Assembly: GCA_022827275.1 (NCBI GenBank) | Contig: JAJDTG010000010.1 | Span: 22,968 to 86,967, forward strand | Direction: 5' to 3' | Source of the DNA: Candidatus Dadabacteria bacterium | Lineage (GTDB): Bacteria > Desulfobacterota_D > UBA1144 > Nemesobacterales > Nemesobacteraceae | Length of the DNA: 64,000 nt | Shown here: piece after piece, positions 1 to 8,308 of the stretch | Position numbering within the stretch: position 1 is the stretch's first letter | How the letters are laid out: the number at the start of each line of letters is the position of its first letter | Made by a program: the position numbers and the translations under genes | The notes under the pieces: generated by a model | Seen by the model: only the letters and a program-made list of their open reading frames with translations | Database searches by the model: none | What the model was told of the DNA's origin: nothing

Positions 1-21
1 AACTAGATCTCGGAATTTCAT

Positions 22-777
22 ATGAGGCTTAACAGATTTCTTTCCGAGTGCGGAATAACATCAAGAAGAAAAGCGGATAACCTTATAAAGGCGGGACGGA
101 TAACTGTAAACGGGAAAGTCGTTCGTACTCTCGGTTCCGTGGTGGACGAGACTGCCGACACGGTGGCGCTTGATGGAAAACCCGTGCGCAAGGAAAGGAA
201 AAGATACGTGATGCTTAATAAGCCTCCCTTTTACCTCACTTCCCTAAAGTCCATGGAAGATGGAAAGAAAACGATAACGTCCTTTCTGGGAGACATAGAG
301 CAAAGGGTTTATCCCGTTGGCAGGCTTGATTACGACTCTGAGGGACTCCTGATTCTCACAAACGACGGGGAACTTGCAAACAGAATACATCACCCCAGAT
401 ACAAGGTGGTAAAGACTTATCTGGCCGAGGTTTCGGGAGAGGTGCAAGGTGATCTCGAAACAGTGCTTGGTGAAGGAACGGAAATTGAGGAACGGTTTAC
501 GAAGCCGGATTCAGTGAGGGTCCTTCAAGTGTCCGCAGGGCGTGCGCGGGCAAGCATTTCATTTCACGAGGGAAGAAAACACCTCGTGAAGAAATACTTT
601 GAAGCGTTCGGCCTTCGAGTTGCTAGGCTTAGGAGAATTTCATGTGGTAACGTGCGTCTCGGCGAGCTTGGCAAGGGGGAGTGGCGCGACCTGAACCCTG
701 GGGAGCTCAGAAGTCTCAGGAAGATGACGGGACTTTTGTTGCGAGATCAAGACAAAACCCCGGGAGGCGCAGCGTGA
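22..777 (+). CDS. rRNA pseudouridine synthase, RsuA/RluB family
   Basis: 251-aa ORF; N-terminal S4 RNA-binding motif (LSECGITSRRKADNLIKAGRITVNG) and PseudoU-synthase core (VYPVGRLDYDSEGLLILTNDG). Confidence 0.85.
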   Translation: MRLNRFLSECGITSRRKADNLIKAGRITVNGKVVRTLGSVVDETADTVALDGKPVRKERKRYVMLNKPPFYLTSLKSMEDGKKTITSFLGDIEQRVYPVGRLDYDSEGLLILTNDGELANRIHHPRYKVVKTYLAEVSGEVQGDLETVLGEGTEIEERFTKPDSVRVLQVSAGRARASISFHEGRKHLVKKYFEAFGLRVARLRRISCGNVRLGELGKGEWRDLNPGELRSLRKMTGLLLRDQDKTPGGAA

Positions 778-1382
778 GCAGATTTATCACATTCGAGGGA
801 ATAGACGGAAGCGGCAAATCGACCCAGGCGAGACTTCTGGCCGATTACCTCTCTAGTAAAGGAACCAAAGTGTTTTTTACCAAGGAACCGGGCGAGGGCA
901 AACTCGGCGAGGCGATAAGAAACGAGATTCTCGACCGGAGGGATGTGGATATTCAGCCCTACGCCGAACTTTGTCTTTTCTGCGCAGACAGGGCCCAGCA
1001 CGTAAGGGAGCTCATACTGCCGAAACTAAAAGACGGTTACATGGTCATCTGCGACAGGTACTACGATTCGACCCTTGCTTACCAAGGCTCGGGAAGGGAG
1101 CTTGACCCTGACTTGGTTTTCCGCATGGCCGTGGCATCAAGCCTCGGTGTTGAGCCCGACGTCACGTTTTTTCTTTCGATACCGGTTGAGCAGGCGCTTT
1201 TGAGGCTCAAGGACCGCGGTAAAGAGAGAAACAAGATGGACGAGGAACCGTTTGAGTTCCATAGCCGAGTGGACGAGGGTTACAGACAACTGATTGAAAA
1301 AGGGGTCCCAAGGATCAAGGTAATAGAAGCTTCTGGCTCCCCCGAGGAGACCCAAATGGAGATAAGGCGCTTTTTTGAGTGA
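774..1382 (+). CDS. tmk: thymidylate kinase
   Basis: P-loop FITFEGIDGSGKST; GTG start at 774 overlaps upstream stop (GTGA); the 681..1382 ORF-track N-terminal extension is unlikely. Confidence 0.85.
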   Translation: MSRFITFEGIDGSGKSTQARLLADYLSSKGTKVFFTKEPGEGKLGEAIRNEILDRRDVDIQPYAELCLFCADRAQHVRELILPKLKDGYMVICDRYYDSTLAYQGSGRELDPDLVFRMAVASSLGVEPDVTFFLSIPVEQALLRLKDRGKERNKMDEEPFEFHSRVDEGYRQLIEKGVPRIKVIEASGSPEETQMEIRRFFE

Positions 1383-1877
1383 TCACGCGTCTTGAACCGA
1401 ATCTTTTGTCCTCTCGACAAGCTGTTCCACTCTAGGATACATGTAGATATGCAGGATGATTCCTATTACCGAGAAAGGAATCATATCTTGAGGATTTTTG
1501 CTTAAAAACGCGAGCACGAATCCAAGCAGCACGACGGTCTCGTTTATTCCCCAGGGAACCACGTGCGGGAGCAGTAGACGGTTTGAGAGTTCCTCAAGCC
1601 TTTTTCCCGGTTTCTGGCCCTGCGTTGAAAGAAATTTCTTGCGGAGCGATTTCTCAGAAAGGGTAAACCTGTATATAAAAAGGGAAATTACTCCGAGCGC
1701 CGCTCCTCCCAGAAGAAATGCCGCCTTTACATTTTCTCTGACGTCCGGCGCCTCGGGAGATTTGAAAACGAAGACCACCGCGGTGTAAGCGAACATGGCA
1801 AGCAGCAGGGCGAACCAAACTATTTTCAGGGCGCTCTGGTTCTTTGCGACGGATGGGGCGCGGTTTTTCCTGTCCAT
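1383..1877 (-). CDS. hypothetical integral membrane protein
   Basis: 164-aa ORF with several hydrophobic helices; abuts tmk stop; no recognisable family. Confidence 0.45.
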   Translation of the reverse strand: MDRKNRAPSVAKNQSALKIVWFALLLAMFAYTAVVFVFKSPEAPDVRENVKAAFLLGGAALGVISLFIYRFTLSEKSLRKKFLSTQGQKPGKRLEELSNRLLLPHVVPWGINETVVLLGFVLAFLSKNPQDMIPFSVIGIILHIYMYPRVEQLVERTKDSVQDA

Positions 1878-1906
1878 GGCTCTGGGCGGGGGGCGAAATT
1901 GCGCGC

Positions 1907-2161
1907 TCAGGATGTGATCTTGGCGAAAATCACGCTCAGGATTATGAGCGCGACGAATATCCCCATCATGTAAAAAGGCACGCTTGTGTTATATCCCTTT
2001 TCTATGTTCGGAACTCTCTTCTGGGACCAGATTATTGGGGGCGCTTCGTTTTCATCCGGCGCCTCGGTTTCCCGCTCCGCCACTTCTTCTGTTTTCTGCT
2101 CTTCTGTTTCCGCCATTTTAAGGTTTCCTGAGACTGTACGTACGAAGAAATTATCACGCAA
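1907..2161 (-). CDS. hypothetical small protein with acidic N-terminus and C-terminal transmembrane helix
   Basis: 84-aa ORF (possible start MAETEEQ); single C-terminal hydrophobic segment; weak support. Confidence 0.3.
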   Translation of the reverse strand: MRDNFFVRTVSGNLKMAETEEQKTEEVAERETEAPDENEAPPIIWSQKRVPNIEKGYNTSVPFYMMGIFVALIILSVIFAKITS

Positions 2162-2298
2162 CCCTCCCTGAAAATCAAGTTTCCCACAGGGTCCGGCGGT
2201 TCCTGTGGGTTTTCTTGAAAACCCCGCCCCGTGTATTTATACTTACCTAGATATTGTAGAAGGCCGCAAAGCTACGCGGTCAAACGGAGGTTTCAAAA

Positions 2299-3141
2299 AT
2301 GGCGGATTACGCAAGCCCTGACGTTCTGGTGAGCACGGACTGGGTAGAGGAGCATATCGACGATCCCGATATCGTTATAGTTGAATCGGATGAGGACATA
2401 CTGCTTTATGAAATAGGACACATAAGAAATTCAGTAAAATTCGACTGGCAGACCGAGCTTCAGGATCAGCTTATAAGGGACTACGTGAGCAGGGAGAATT
2501 TCGAGGCACTGCTTTCGGAAAAAGGTATTTCAAACGACCACGCAGTGGTTTTCTACGGGGACAGGAGCAACTGGTGGGCCTGCTACGCGTTCTGGACCTT
2601 CAAGGTGCTCGGACATGAAAAATGCCTCATAATGGATGGCGGCAGGCAGAAATGGGTTGACGAGGGAAGAGAGTTTGTAAAAGAAGTTCCCCAAAGACCG
2701 AAAACCGATTACAAGGTATCGGTGGTTGATGAATCGATAAGGGCTTTTCGCGATGATGTTGTTGAACACATTAACTCGGGCAGGCCGCTTGTCGATGTCC
2801 GTTCCCCGAAAGAATATTCGGGAGAACTGCTTCACATGGAGGCTTACCCCCAGGAAGGCGCGCTTCGCGGAGGACATATTCCGGGTGCGGCAAACGTCCC
2901 TTGGGCTACAGCCGCGAACGAGGACGGAACTTTCCGCTCGGCCGATGAACTTGTAGAGATATACGAAAAGGGGCAGGGACTGAGCAAGGATCAGGACGTG
3001 ATTGCCTACTGCAGGATAGGGGAACGCTCTTCCCACACTTGGTTTGTCCTTACCTATCTTCTCGGGTTTGAGAACGTTAAAAATTACGACGGTTCGTGGA
3101 CTGAGTGGGGGAACCTTGTAAGAGCTCCGATAGAGAAATAA
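2299..3141 (+). CDS. rhodanese-domain sulfurtransferase (thiosulfate/3-mercaptopyruvate sulfurtransferase-like, tandem rhodanese)
   Basis: 280-aa; active-site loop CRIGERSSH typical of SseA/TST; two rhodanese repeats. Confidence 0.8.
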   Translation: MADYASPDVLVSTDWVEEHIDDPDIVIVESDEDILLYEIGHIRNSVKFDWQTELQDQLIRDYVSRENFEALLSEKGISNDHAVVFYGDRSNWWACYAFWTFKVLGHEKCLIMDGGRQKWVDEGREFVKEVPQRPKTDYKVSVVDESIRAFRDDVVEHINSGRPLVDVRSPKEYSGELLHMEAYPQEGALRGGHIPGAANVPWATAANEDGTFRSADELVEIYEKGQGLSKDQDVIAYCRIGERSSHTWFVLTYLLGFENVKNYDGSWTEWGNLVRAPIEK

Positions 3142-3171
3142 TAGGGAGAAAGGTTTTTTGCGTGAATTAGA

Positions 3172-3209
3172 AAGGATGTGGTCTTAATAGTCTGCATCCT
3201 TTTTTTTTG
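3172..3209 (+). terminator. rho-independent terminator after rhodanese gene
   Basis: GC-containing hairpin (aggatg...catcct) followed by T9 run. Confidence 0.55.
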
Positions 3210-3222
3210 AAATTGCGGAAAG

Positions 3223-3648
3223 ATGACCAGCGTAGAGGAAATAGTCAGAGAATTCCAGGAGGCGGACCGCCAGGGGATGATCGATCTGCTGAAGGATTAC
3301 TCCGAGGATCTGCCGGAGGTTCCCGAGAGAGTTTTAAGCCTGATGGACAGGGACGTCAACAGGGTGCACGAGTGCGAAACCCCCGTTTTCATCTGGATCG
3401 AGAGGGAAGATGGTGCCGTAACGATATTCGCCGACGTGCCGGGACCTTATCCGACCGTCAGGGGACTTGTTTCGATTCTCGTAAACGCTTTTTCCGGCCT
3501 GAGTCCCCAGGAGATAGAGTCAGCTCCCCCTGATTTCATTTCCCGCCTCGGACTTGCGCAATTGCTTGGAACCAGGAGGATGTGGGGGATTTCCGCCGTC
3601 TACTCAAGAATAAAGAGCGAGGTTGGGAAAACGGAGGAAGTGTCGTGA
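3223..3648 (+). CDS. sufE: SufE-like cysteine desulfuration (sulfur acceptor) protein
   Basis: 141-aa; SufE-family N-terminus (MTSVEEIVREFQEADRQGMIDLL) and conserved Cys region. Confidence 0.7.
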   Translation: MTSVEEIVREFQEADRQGMIDLLKDYSEDLPEVPERVLSLMDRDVNRVHECETPVFIWIEREDGAVTIFADVPGPYPTVRGLVSILVNAFSGLSPQEIESAPPDFISRLGLAQLLGTRRMWGISAVYSRIKSEVGKTEEVS

Positions 3649-3662
3649 TAGAAGAGCAGAGA

Positions 3663-4034
3663 ATGAAGATGATCATGGATCATTACGAGAATCCGAGAAA
3701 CTTCGGCCCGCTTGAGAGTCCCACGGTGACGCTTAGGGGCGGCAACCCGAATTGCGGAGACACGCTGAATATCTATATTCGTACAGCCGAGGGGGGCATC
3801 ATAGAAGATATAAGTTTTGACGGAGAAGGTTGCACGATAAGTCAGGCCGCGGCTTCCCTTCTTACGGAGTTTTTAAAGGGAAAGACCGTGGAGCAGCTCA
3901 GAGAGCTCGATTCCGACTACCTCAGGGAACTTCTCGGCAAGGACATCATGGTAACCCGCCCGAAGTGCAGCCGCCTCGCCCTTGAAACCCTCAAATCATG
4001 GGCACGGAACTTCGAGAGGGGAAAAACCGCCTGA
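3663..4034 (+). CDS. NifU/IscU-like Fe-S scaffold, SufU-type (Lys rather than His before third Cys)
   Basis: Three Cys motifs NPNCGD / GEGCTIS / RPKCS; start taken at MKMIM (ATG 3663) rather than ORF-track 3582. Confidence 0.7.
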   Translation: MKMIMDHYENPRNFGPLESPTVTLRGGNPNCGDTLNIYIRTAEGGIIEDISFDGEGCTISQAAASLLTEFLKGKTVEQLRELDSDYLRELLGKDIMVTRPKCSRLALETLKSWARNFERGKTA

Positions 4035-4086
4035 TTTTTGGTATACTTCTCTTTATTACTCAACCAGACTCAAGGAGATTCAAATA

Positions 4087-5421
4087 ATGAAAAACGGCAA
4101 ACCCGACAAAACAGTTCTAAGCGAGAGGATTGAGGAAGCGCTTAAGTACCCTCTTTTCGATTCCATATTCAACAGGCGATCAAGGCGCTTCGGTCTTGGA
4201 ATGGAGCTTAAGGACAGCACCCTTGAGTTCAAGTCGAAATACGACCCCGTGCCCCTCACAGAGGTGGAGGAAGCGCTTCTGGTGTGGGCGGGAACAGGGC
4301 TTACGGGGCTCTGCCTTGCCGACCTGCCGCCCGAGAACGGGATAGATCTTCTTTGCCAGTGGACGGGGAGAACCTGGCCGTCTGCGTGCAACAATCACGG
4401 GACGGAGCTTTTTTTCACAAACGACGAGGGTCTCTACCACGTGGACGTGAAGAACATGCTTCCAAAGGAGCACGAGATTGACATGTTTTTCCAGCTTTCA
4501 AGGGAGGAGAAAATCGCCAGGATTCTTGAACTCTACAGGGAGAGCCTTAACAAGCTTGAAGATGGAAGGGCCGACATGCCAGACAAGATGCCGGGACTCT
4601 TTGAGTTTAACCAGTGGAATACCAACAAGCCCGGCACCACGCTTTTTGTTCCGGTCACTGATGTTACCGAGGAGTACCTGAATCTTCTCACCCTTTACTG
4701 CAGCCACAGTTACGGATTCACGATTATAGACGACCTTACGGGAAAGCCCGCGGGCGTTGAGAAATGGGTGGAGAAGGGCAGGCTCAAGGGTGAAGTCAAG
4801 CTTTCCCTGTTTGATCTTGAGGTAAGAATTCTTACGGGACTTAATGTTGAACAGGCTTTCGTTACGCAGAACATGGCGCTTGCTCTCCAGCCCCTTGGGC
4901 TTGCGGGATGGGCGTTTACGGGCTTCATACCAAGGTTTGCCATGGGAGCCGCTCCGAACCTGTTCAGGGGTCTCGGATTCCGGTTCATCCAGCCCAAAAA
5001 AGGTACGATTGATCCTCCCACCACCGTTCCCGTAGGAAAGGACGGGGTCTTTGAATCTTACTGTCCGCCCTACTATGAGAACATGGATGATGCGATTGAT
5101 CACTTCCTGGCCCACAAGTGGAAAGCTTGGGAATCCGACAAGCCTTTTCCTTACACAGAGCCTGACAAGCATCTCATGAAGGCCCCGAGGCCCACGGAGA
5201 CCACAATACAGATTGTAAGGGACGTCGCTAACTACATTCATGATACTTACGGCAGATTCCCCGCGTTTGTGGATCCCATGTACATGAGGCTGGTCTTCCA
5301 GGCGATGCACATAGACCCGGATTTCTATGACCAGTACTATCCGAAAGGCTCTTACTCGGACAGGCATCTGGCGGCTTTTCTTGAGAACCACCCGGATCAG
5401 AGGGAGCGGTTCGAGAAGTAA
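4087..5421 (+). CDS. SagB-type dehydrogenase / nitroreductase-superfamily protein (two nitroreductase-like halves)
   Basis: N-terminal RRSRRF motif, PSACNNHGTELFF...GLYHVDV resembling the SagB PSAG..P.E.Y..GLY.Y signature; RBS aaggag before ATG 4087. Confidence 0.55.
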   Translation: MKNGKPDKTVLSERIEEALKYPLFDSIFNRRSRRFGLGMELKDSTLEFKSKYDPVPLTEVEEALLVWAGTGLTGLCLADLPPENGIDLLCQWTGRTWPSACNNHGTELFFTNDEGLYHVDVKNMLPKEHEIDMFFQLSREEKIARILELYRESLNKLEDGRADMPDKMPGLFEFNQWNTNKPGTTLFVPVTDVTEEYLNLLTLYCSHSYGFTIIDDLTGKPAGVEKWVEKGRLKGEVKLSLFDLEVRILTGLNVEQAFVTQNMALALQPLGLAGWAFTGFIPRFAMGAAPNLFRGLGFRFIQPKKGTIDPPTTVPVGKDGVFESYCPPYYENMDDAIDHFLAHKWKAWESDKPFPYTEPDKHLMKAPRPTETTIQIVRDVANYIHDTYGRFPAFVDPMYMRLVFQAMHIDPDFYDQYYPKGSYSDRHLAAFLENHPDQRERFEK

Positions 5422-5478
5422 TATCTGCCGCGTACGGGAGATTTAAAACCCGGTTTGCGGCAAGGAAGGAGACCAGCC

Positions 5479-6753
5479 ATGCGCGTGGCTATTATAGGAA
5501 ATGGGGTAACCGGGGTCGCTGCCGCCCTTAGCGTGCGCAGGCTGCAGCCCGACTGGGAAATCGTCATGATTTCTGGGGAATCCTCCTTTCACTACTCCCG
5601 TCCGGCGCTCATGTACATATTCATGGGCCACATGAGCTACAAGGACACCAAGCCCTACGAGGACAGTTTCTGGAGGAAAAACCGCATCGATCTGGTACGT
5701 GGCTGGGTTAGCGGAATTGATGCCGCCGGAAAAAAGCTCATCATGCACGAAAGGGATTCCATTTCTTTTGACAAGCTGCTTATCGCCACGGGATCAAAGT
5801 CAAACAGGTTCGGGTGGCCCGGCCAGGATCTCGGGGGAGTCCAGGGTCTCTACAGCCTTATGGATATCAGGCTTCTTTACGAGAACGTAAAGGGAGCCCG
5901 AAGCGCCGTCATAGTCGGGGGAGGGCTGATCGGGATCGAACTTGCCGAGATGCTTCACTCACGCAATATCCACGTCACCTTTCTGGTGAGGGAGGAGTCC
6001 TACTGGACAAACGTTCTTCCGGCAGAGGAATCGCGGATGATAAACCGCGTGATTCTGGAGCAGGGGATCGACCTCAGGCTCACAACGGAGCTTAAGGAGA
6101 TAGTCGGGAACGATTCGGGAAAAGTGCGGGGAGTTGTAACCAGCAAAGAGGAATTCATAGAATGCCAGATCGTCGGTCTCACCGCTGGGGTAAGTCCCAA
6201 CATAGCCCTTGCCAAGGCAAGCGGGATAAATACGGGGAGAGGGATTCTGGTTGACTGGAGCTTCAGGACCGATACCCCGGATGTGTTCGCCGCCGGGGAC
6301 TGTGCCGAGATAATCACCGAAGGGGAGGGAAGGAACCTTATTCAGCAGGTCTGGTATACGGGCAAGAACCAGGGAAAAGTGGCGGGAGAGGTGATAGCCG
6401 GCCGACAGAGCGTGTATGACCCTGGGATATGGTATAACTCGGCCAAGTTCTTTGATCTTGAGTACCAGACTTACGGTACCGTGAGTTCCGCTCCTGTTTC
6501 GGGAGAAAGCAGTTTTTACTGGGAGCACCCCGATCACAGCCGTTCGATAAGAATTGTTACGAAGGATGGAGCCGTCTGCGGCATAAACGTTATGGGCCTT
6601 CGCTACAGCCACAGGGTTTGCGAGAGCTGGGTGGCGGAGAAGAGATCTCTTGACTATGTGCTTGGTCATCTGGGGGATGCTAATTTCGATCCGGAATTCT
6701 ACGAAAAATGCGAAGCGGAAATAATAAAGGAGATAAGGAAACAGGCTGCCTGA
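5479..6753 (+). CDS. FAD-dependent pyridine nucleotide-disulfide oxidoreductase (nitrite-reductase / NADH-oxidase-like)
   Basis: Rossmann motif MRVAIIGNGVTGVAAA, second NAD motif AVIVGGGLIGIELAE, FAAGDCAE FAD motif. Confidence 0.75.
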   Translation: MRVAIIGNGVTGVAAALSVRRLQPDWEIVMISGESSFHYSRPALMYIFMGHMSYKDTKPYEDSFWRKNRIDLVRGWVSGIDAAGKKLIMHERDSISFDKLLIATGSKSNRFGWPGQDLGGVQGLYSLMDIRLLYENVKGARSAVIVGGGLIGIELAEMLHSRNIHVTFLVREESYWTNVLPAEESRMINRVILEQGIDLRLTTELKEIVGNDSGKVRGVVTSKEEFIECQIVGLTAGVSPNIALAKASGINTGRGILVDWSFRTDTPDVFAAGDCAEIITEGEGRNLIQQVWYTGKNQGKVAGEVIAGRQSVYDPGIWYNSAKFFDLEYQTYGTVSSAPVSGESSFYWEHPDHSRSIRIVTKDGAVCGINVMGLRYSHRVCESWVAEKRSLDYVLGHLGDANFDPEFYEKCEAEIIKEIRKQAA

Positions 6754-8147
6754 TGGAAGAGAACATTGTAGATTACGATTTTGACGAAGAAACCCTTGGT
6801 TTTGAGGAACCGGAGAAAGCCCCGGACAAGCCGCTTGGAACCGGAGAAAAGCTTTCTCTCGCCGTTCTGGGCTTCGGAATACTGATGTTTGCTCTTCAGT
6901 CCATGGGCATGCCTCCGGGCGGCACTTGGGCCGGGTTTCTCCTGGTATTCCTTCCCGTTTCGCTCGGCACGGCGCTTTACTTCTACCTTAGCTTCAAAGG
7001 CACCGTCCCGGGGATCAAGCATGACAACGTCTATTTCAGGGGAATCACCGCCAGGGGGTCTCTCGGCTGGCTTGTCGGCATTGTGTTTACCGGTTTCTAC
7101 ATAGCTCTTTACTGGTTTCCCGAATACCTGGCAGGGGGAATAAGGATTGTAAACCCTCTTTCCTTGGCACTTTCAGGTTCTCCCGCCAACAACTGGTTTT
7201 TCTACGGCTTTCTCTATACCGTGGCAGTTTTTGTCTTCGGCGTGAGAATGTTCATGAAATACAGGAATAACCGCTACCAGAAGATAAGAACGGCTTCAGT
7301 GATGTTTTTCCAGCTCGGGTTCGCTTTTCTCATCCCCAACATACTTATGCTCTTTAACCAGCCCGAGTTCTACCTGAGCTACTTCTGGCCGCTTAAACCT
7401 GAATACCTGTTCCCGGGCACCCTGAGCTATTTTGTGAATCATCCCGGCGGACTTGGAATGTTCCTTGTTTTCTGGGGAGCCGTGATGACCTTCATTGCCA
7501 CTCCGCTTCTTACATACTATTTCGGCAAGAGGTGGTACTGCTCCTGGGTATGCGGCTGCGGAGGGCTTGCGGAAACCATGGGAGACCCGTGGAGACAGCT
7601 TTCTGACAAATCGAAAAAGGCGTGGCGCATAGAGCGCTGGGTAGTGCATTCCGTGCTGGTGTTTATCGTCGTTACCACGATTCTTCTCTGGGTTAACTCA
7701 GCGACCTCGGGGGCGGTGTTCGGAGAGGCGTCGATGTCTCTTAAGAAATGGTACGGCTTCTACATAGGCGCTATCTTCTCGGGAGTTATAGGAGTGGGTT
7801 TCTACCCCATAATGGGAAGCAGGGTGTGGTGTCGGTTCGGTTGTCCCATGGCGGCTGTTCTCGGGATTTTCCAGAGGTATCTTTCAAGATTCAGGATCAC
7901 CACAAACGGCGATCAGTGCATGTCGTGCGGGAACTGTTCCACGTACTGCGAGATGGGAATAGATGTCAGGGCTTACGCACAGAAGGGCGAGAATATAGTG
8001 AGAGCTTCGTGCGTCGGATGCGGGGTGTGCTCGGCCGTATGTCCCAGGGGAGTGCTTAAGCTTGAAAACGGGGGAACTTTTAAAGACAGGTTCTCCGGGT
8101 CCGACAAGCCGCTTGGGGCGCTTATCGATTCGCTTAAACATGTATAG
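6753..8147 (+). CDS. NapH/MauN/CcoG-family 4Fe-4S ferredoxin-type polytopic membrane protein
   Basis: Multiple TM helices, WYCSWVCGCGG and VWCRFGCP motifs, C-terminal 2x CxxCxxCxxxCP ferredoxin motifs; ATG overlaps upstream stop (TGATG). Confidence 0.7.
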   Translation: MEENIVDYDFDEETLGFEEPEKAPDKPLGTGEKLSLAVLGFGILMFALQSMGMPPGGTWAGFLLVFLPVSLGTALYFYLSFKGTVPGIKHDNVYFRGITARGSLGWLVGIVFTGFYIALYWFPEYLAGGIRIVNPLSLALSGSPANNWFFYGFLYTVAVFVFGVRMFMKYRNNRYQKIRTASVMFFQLGFAFLIPNILMLFNQPEFYLSYFWPLKPEYLFPGTLSYFVNHPGGLGMFLVFWGAVMTFIATPLLTYYFGKRWYCSWVCGCGGLAETMGDPWRQLSDKSKKAWRIERWVVHSVLVFIVVTTILLWVNSATSGAVFGEASMSLKKWYGFYIGAIFSGVIGVGFYPIMGSRVWCRFGCPMAAVLGIFQRYLSRFRITTNGDQCMSCGNCSTYCEMGIDVRAYAQKGENIVRASCVGCGVCSAVCPRGVLKLENGGTFKDRFSGSDKPLGALIDSLKHV

Positions 8148-8166
8148 TTTTAAACGGAAGAGGGGA

Positions 8167-8291
8167 AAAGGTTCAATAGACCCCTCAACAGACCCCTGGA
8201 AAATCTGGCAAGCCTTAAAAAACTCTTAATTGACAGGTAGTTAAGTATCAATAGTTCCCCTTAACAGCCCTGTTAATAGAATTGAACCTTT
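8167..8291. repeat. 11-bp perfect inverted repeat (aaaggttcaat / attgaaccttt) enclosing an imperfect approximately 27-bp direct repeat (tcaatag.cccct.aacag.ccctg)
   Basis: Read directly at 8167-8177 / 8281-8291 and 8173-8199 / 8249-8273, in a convergent intergenic gap. Confidence 0.6.
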
Positions 8292-8308
8292 GGATGTGCA
8301 TAACAAGT

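Noticed and set aside
3207-3533. 108-aa Gly/Arg-rich ORF overlapping sufE in another frame
   Set aside because: Low-complexity translation, and it overlaps a gene with a recognisable SufE signature.
4498-5391. 297-aa antisense ORF inside the SagB-type gene (and similar long antisense ORFs at 5959..6669, 8852..9448, 10931..11506, 20384..21559, 21822..22349, 41360..41914, 47094..47702, 48321..49202, 50848..51633, 51639..52185)
   Set aside because: They fully overlap well-supported conserved genes on the opposite strand and have low-complexity, Arg/Ser/Pro-rich composition typical of spurious shadow ORFs.
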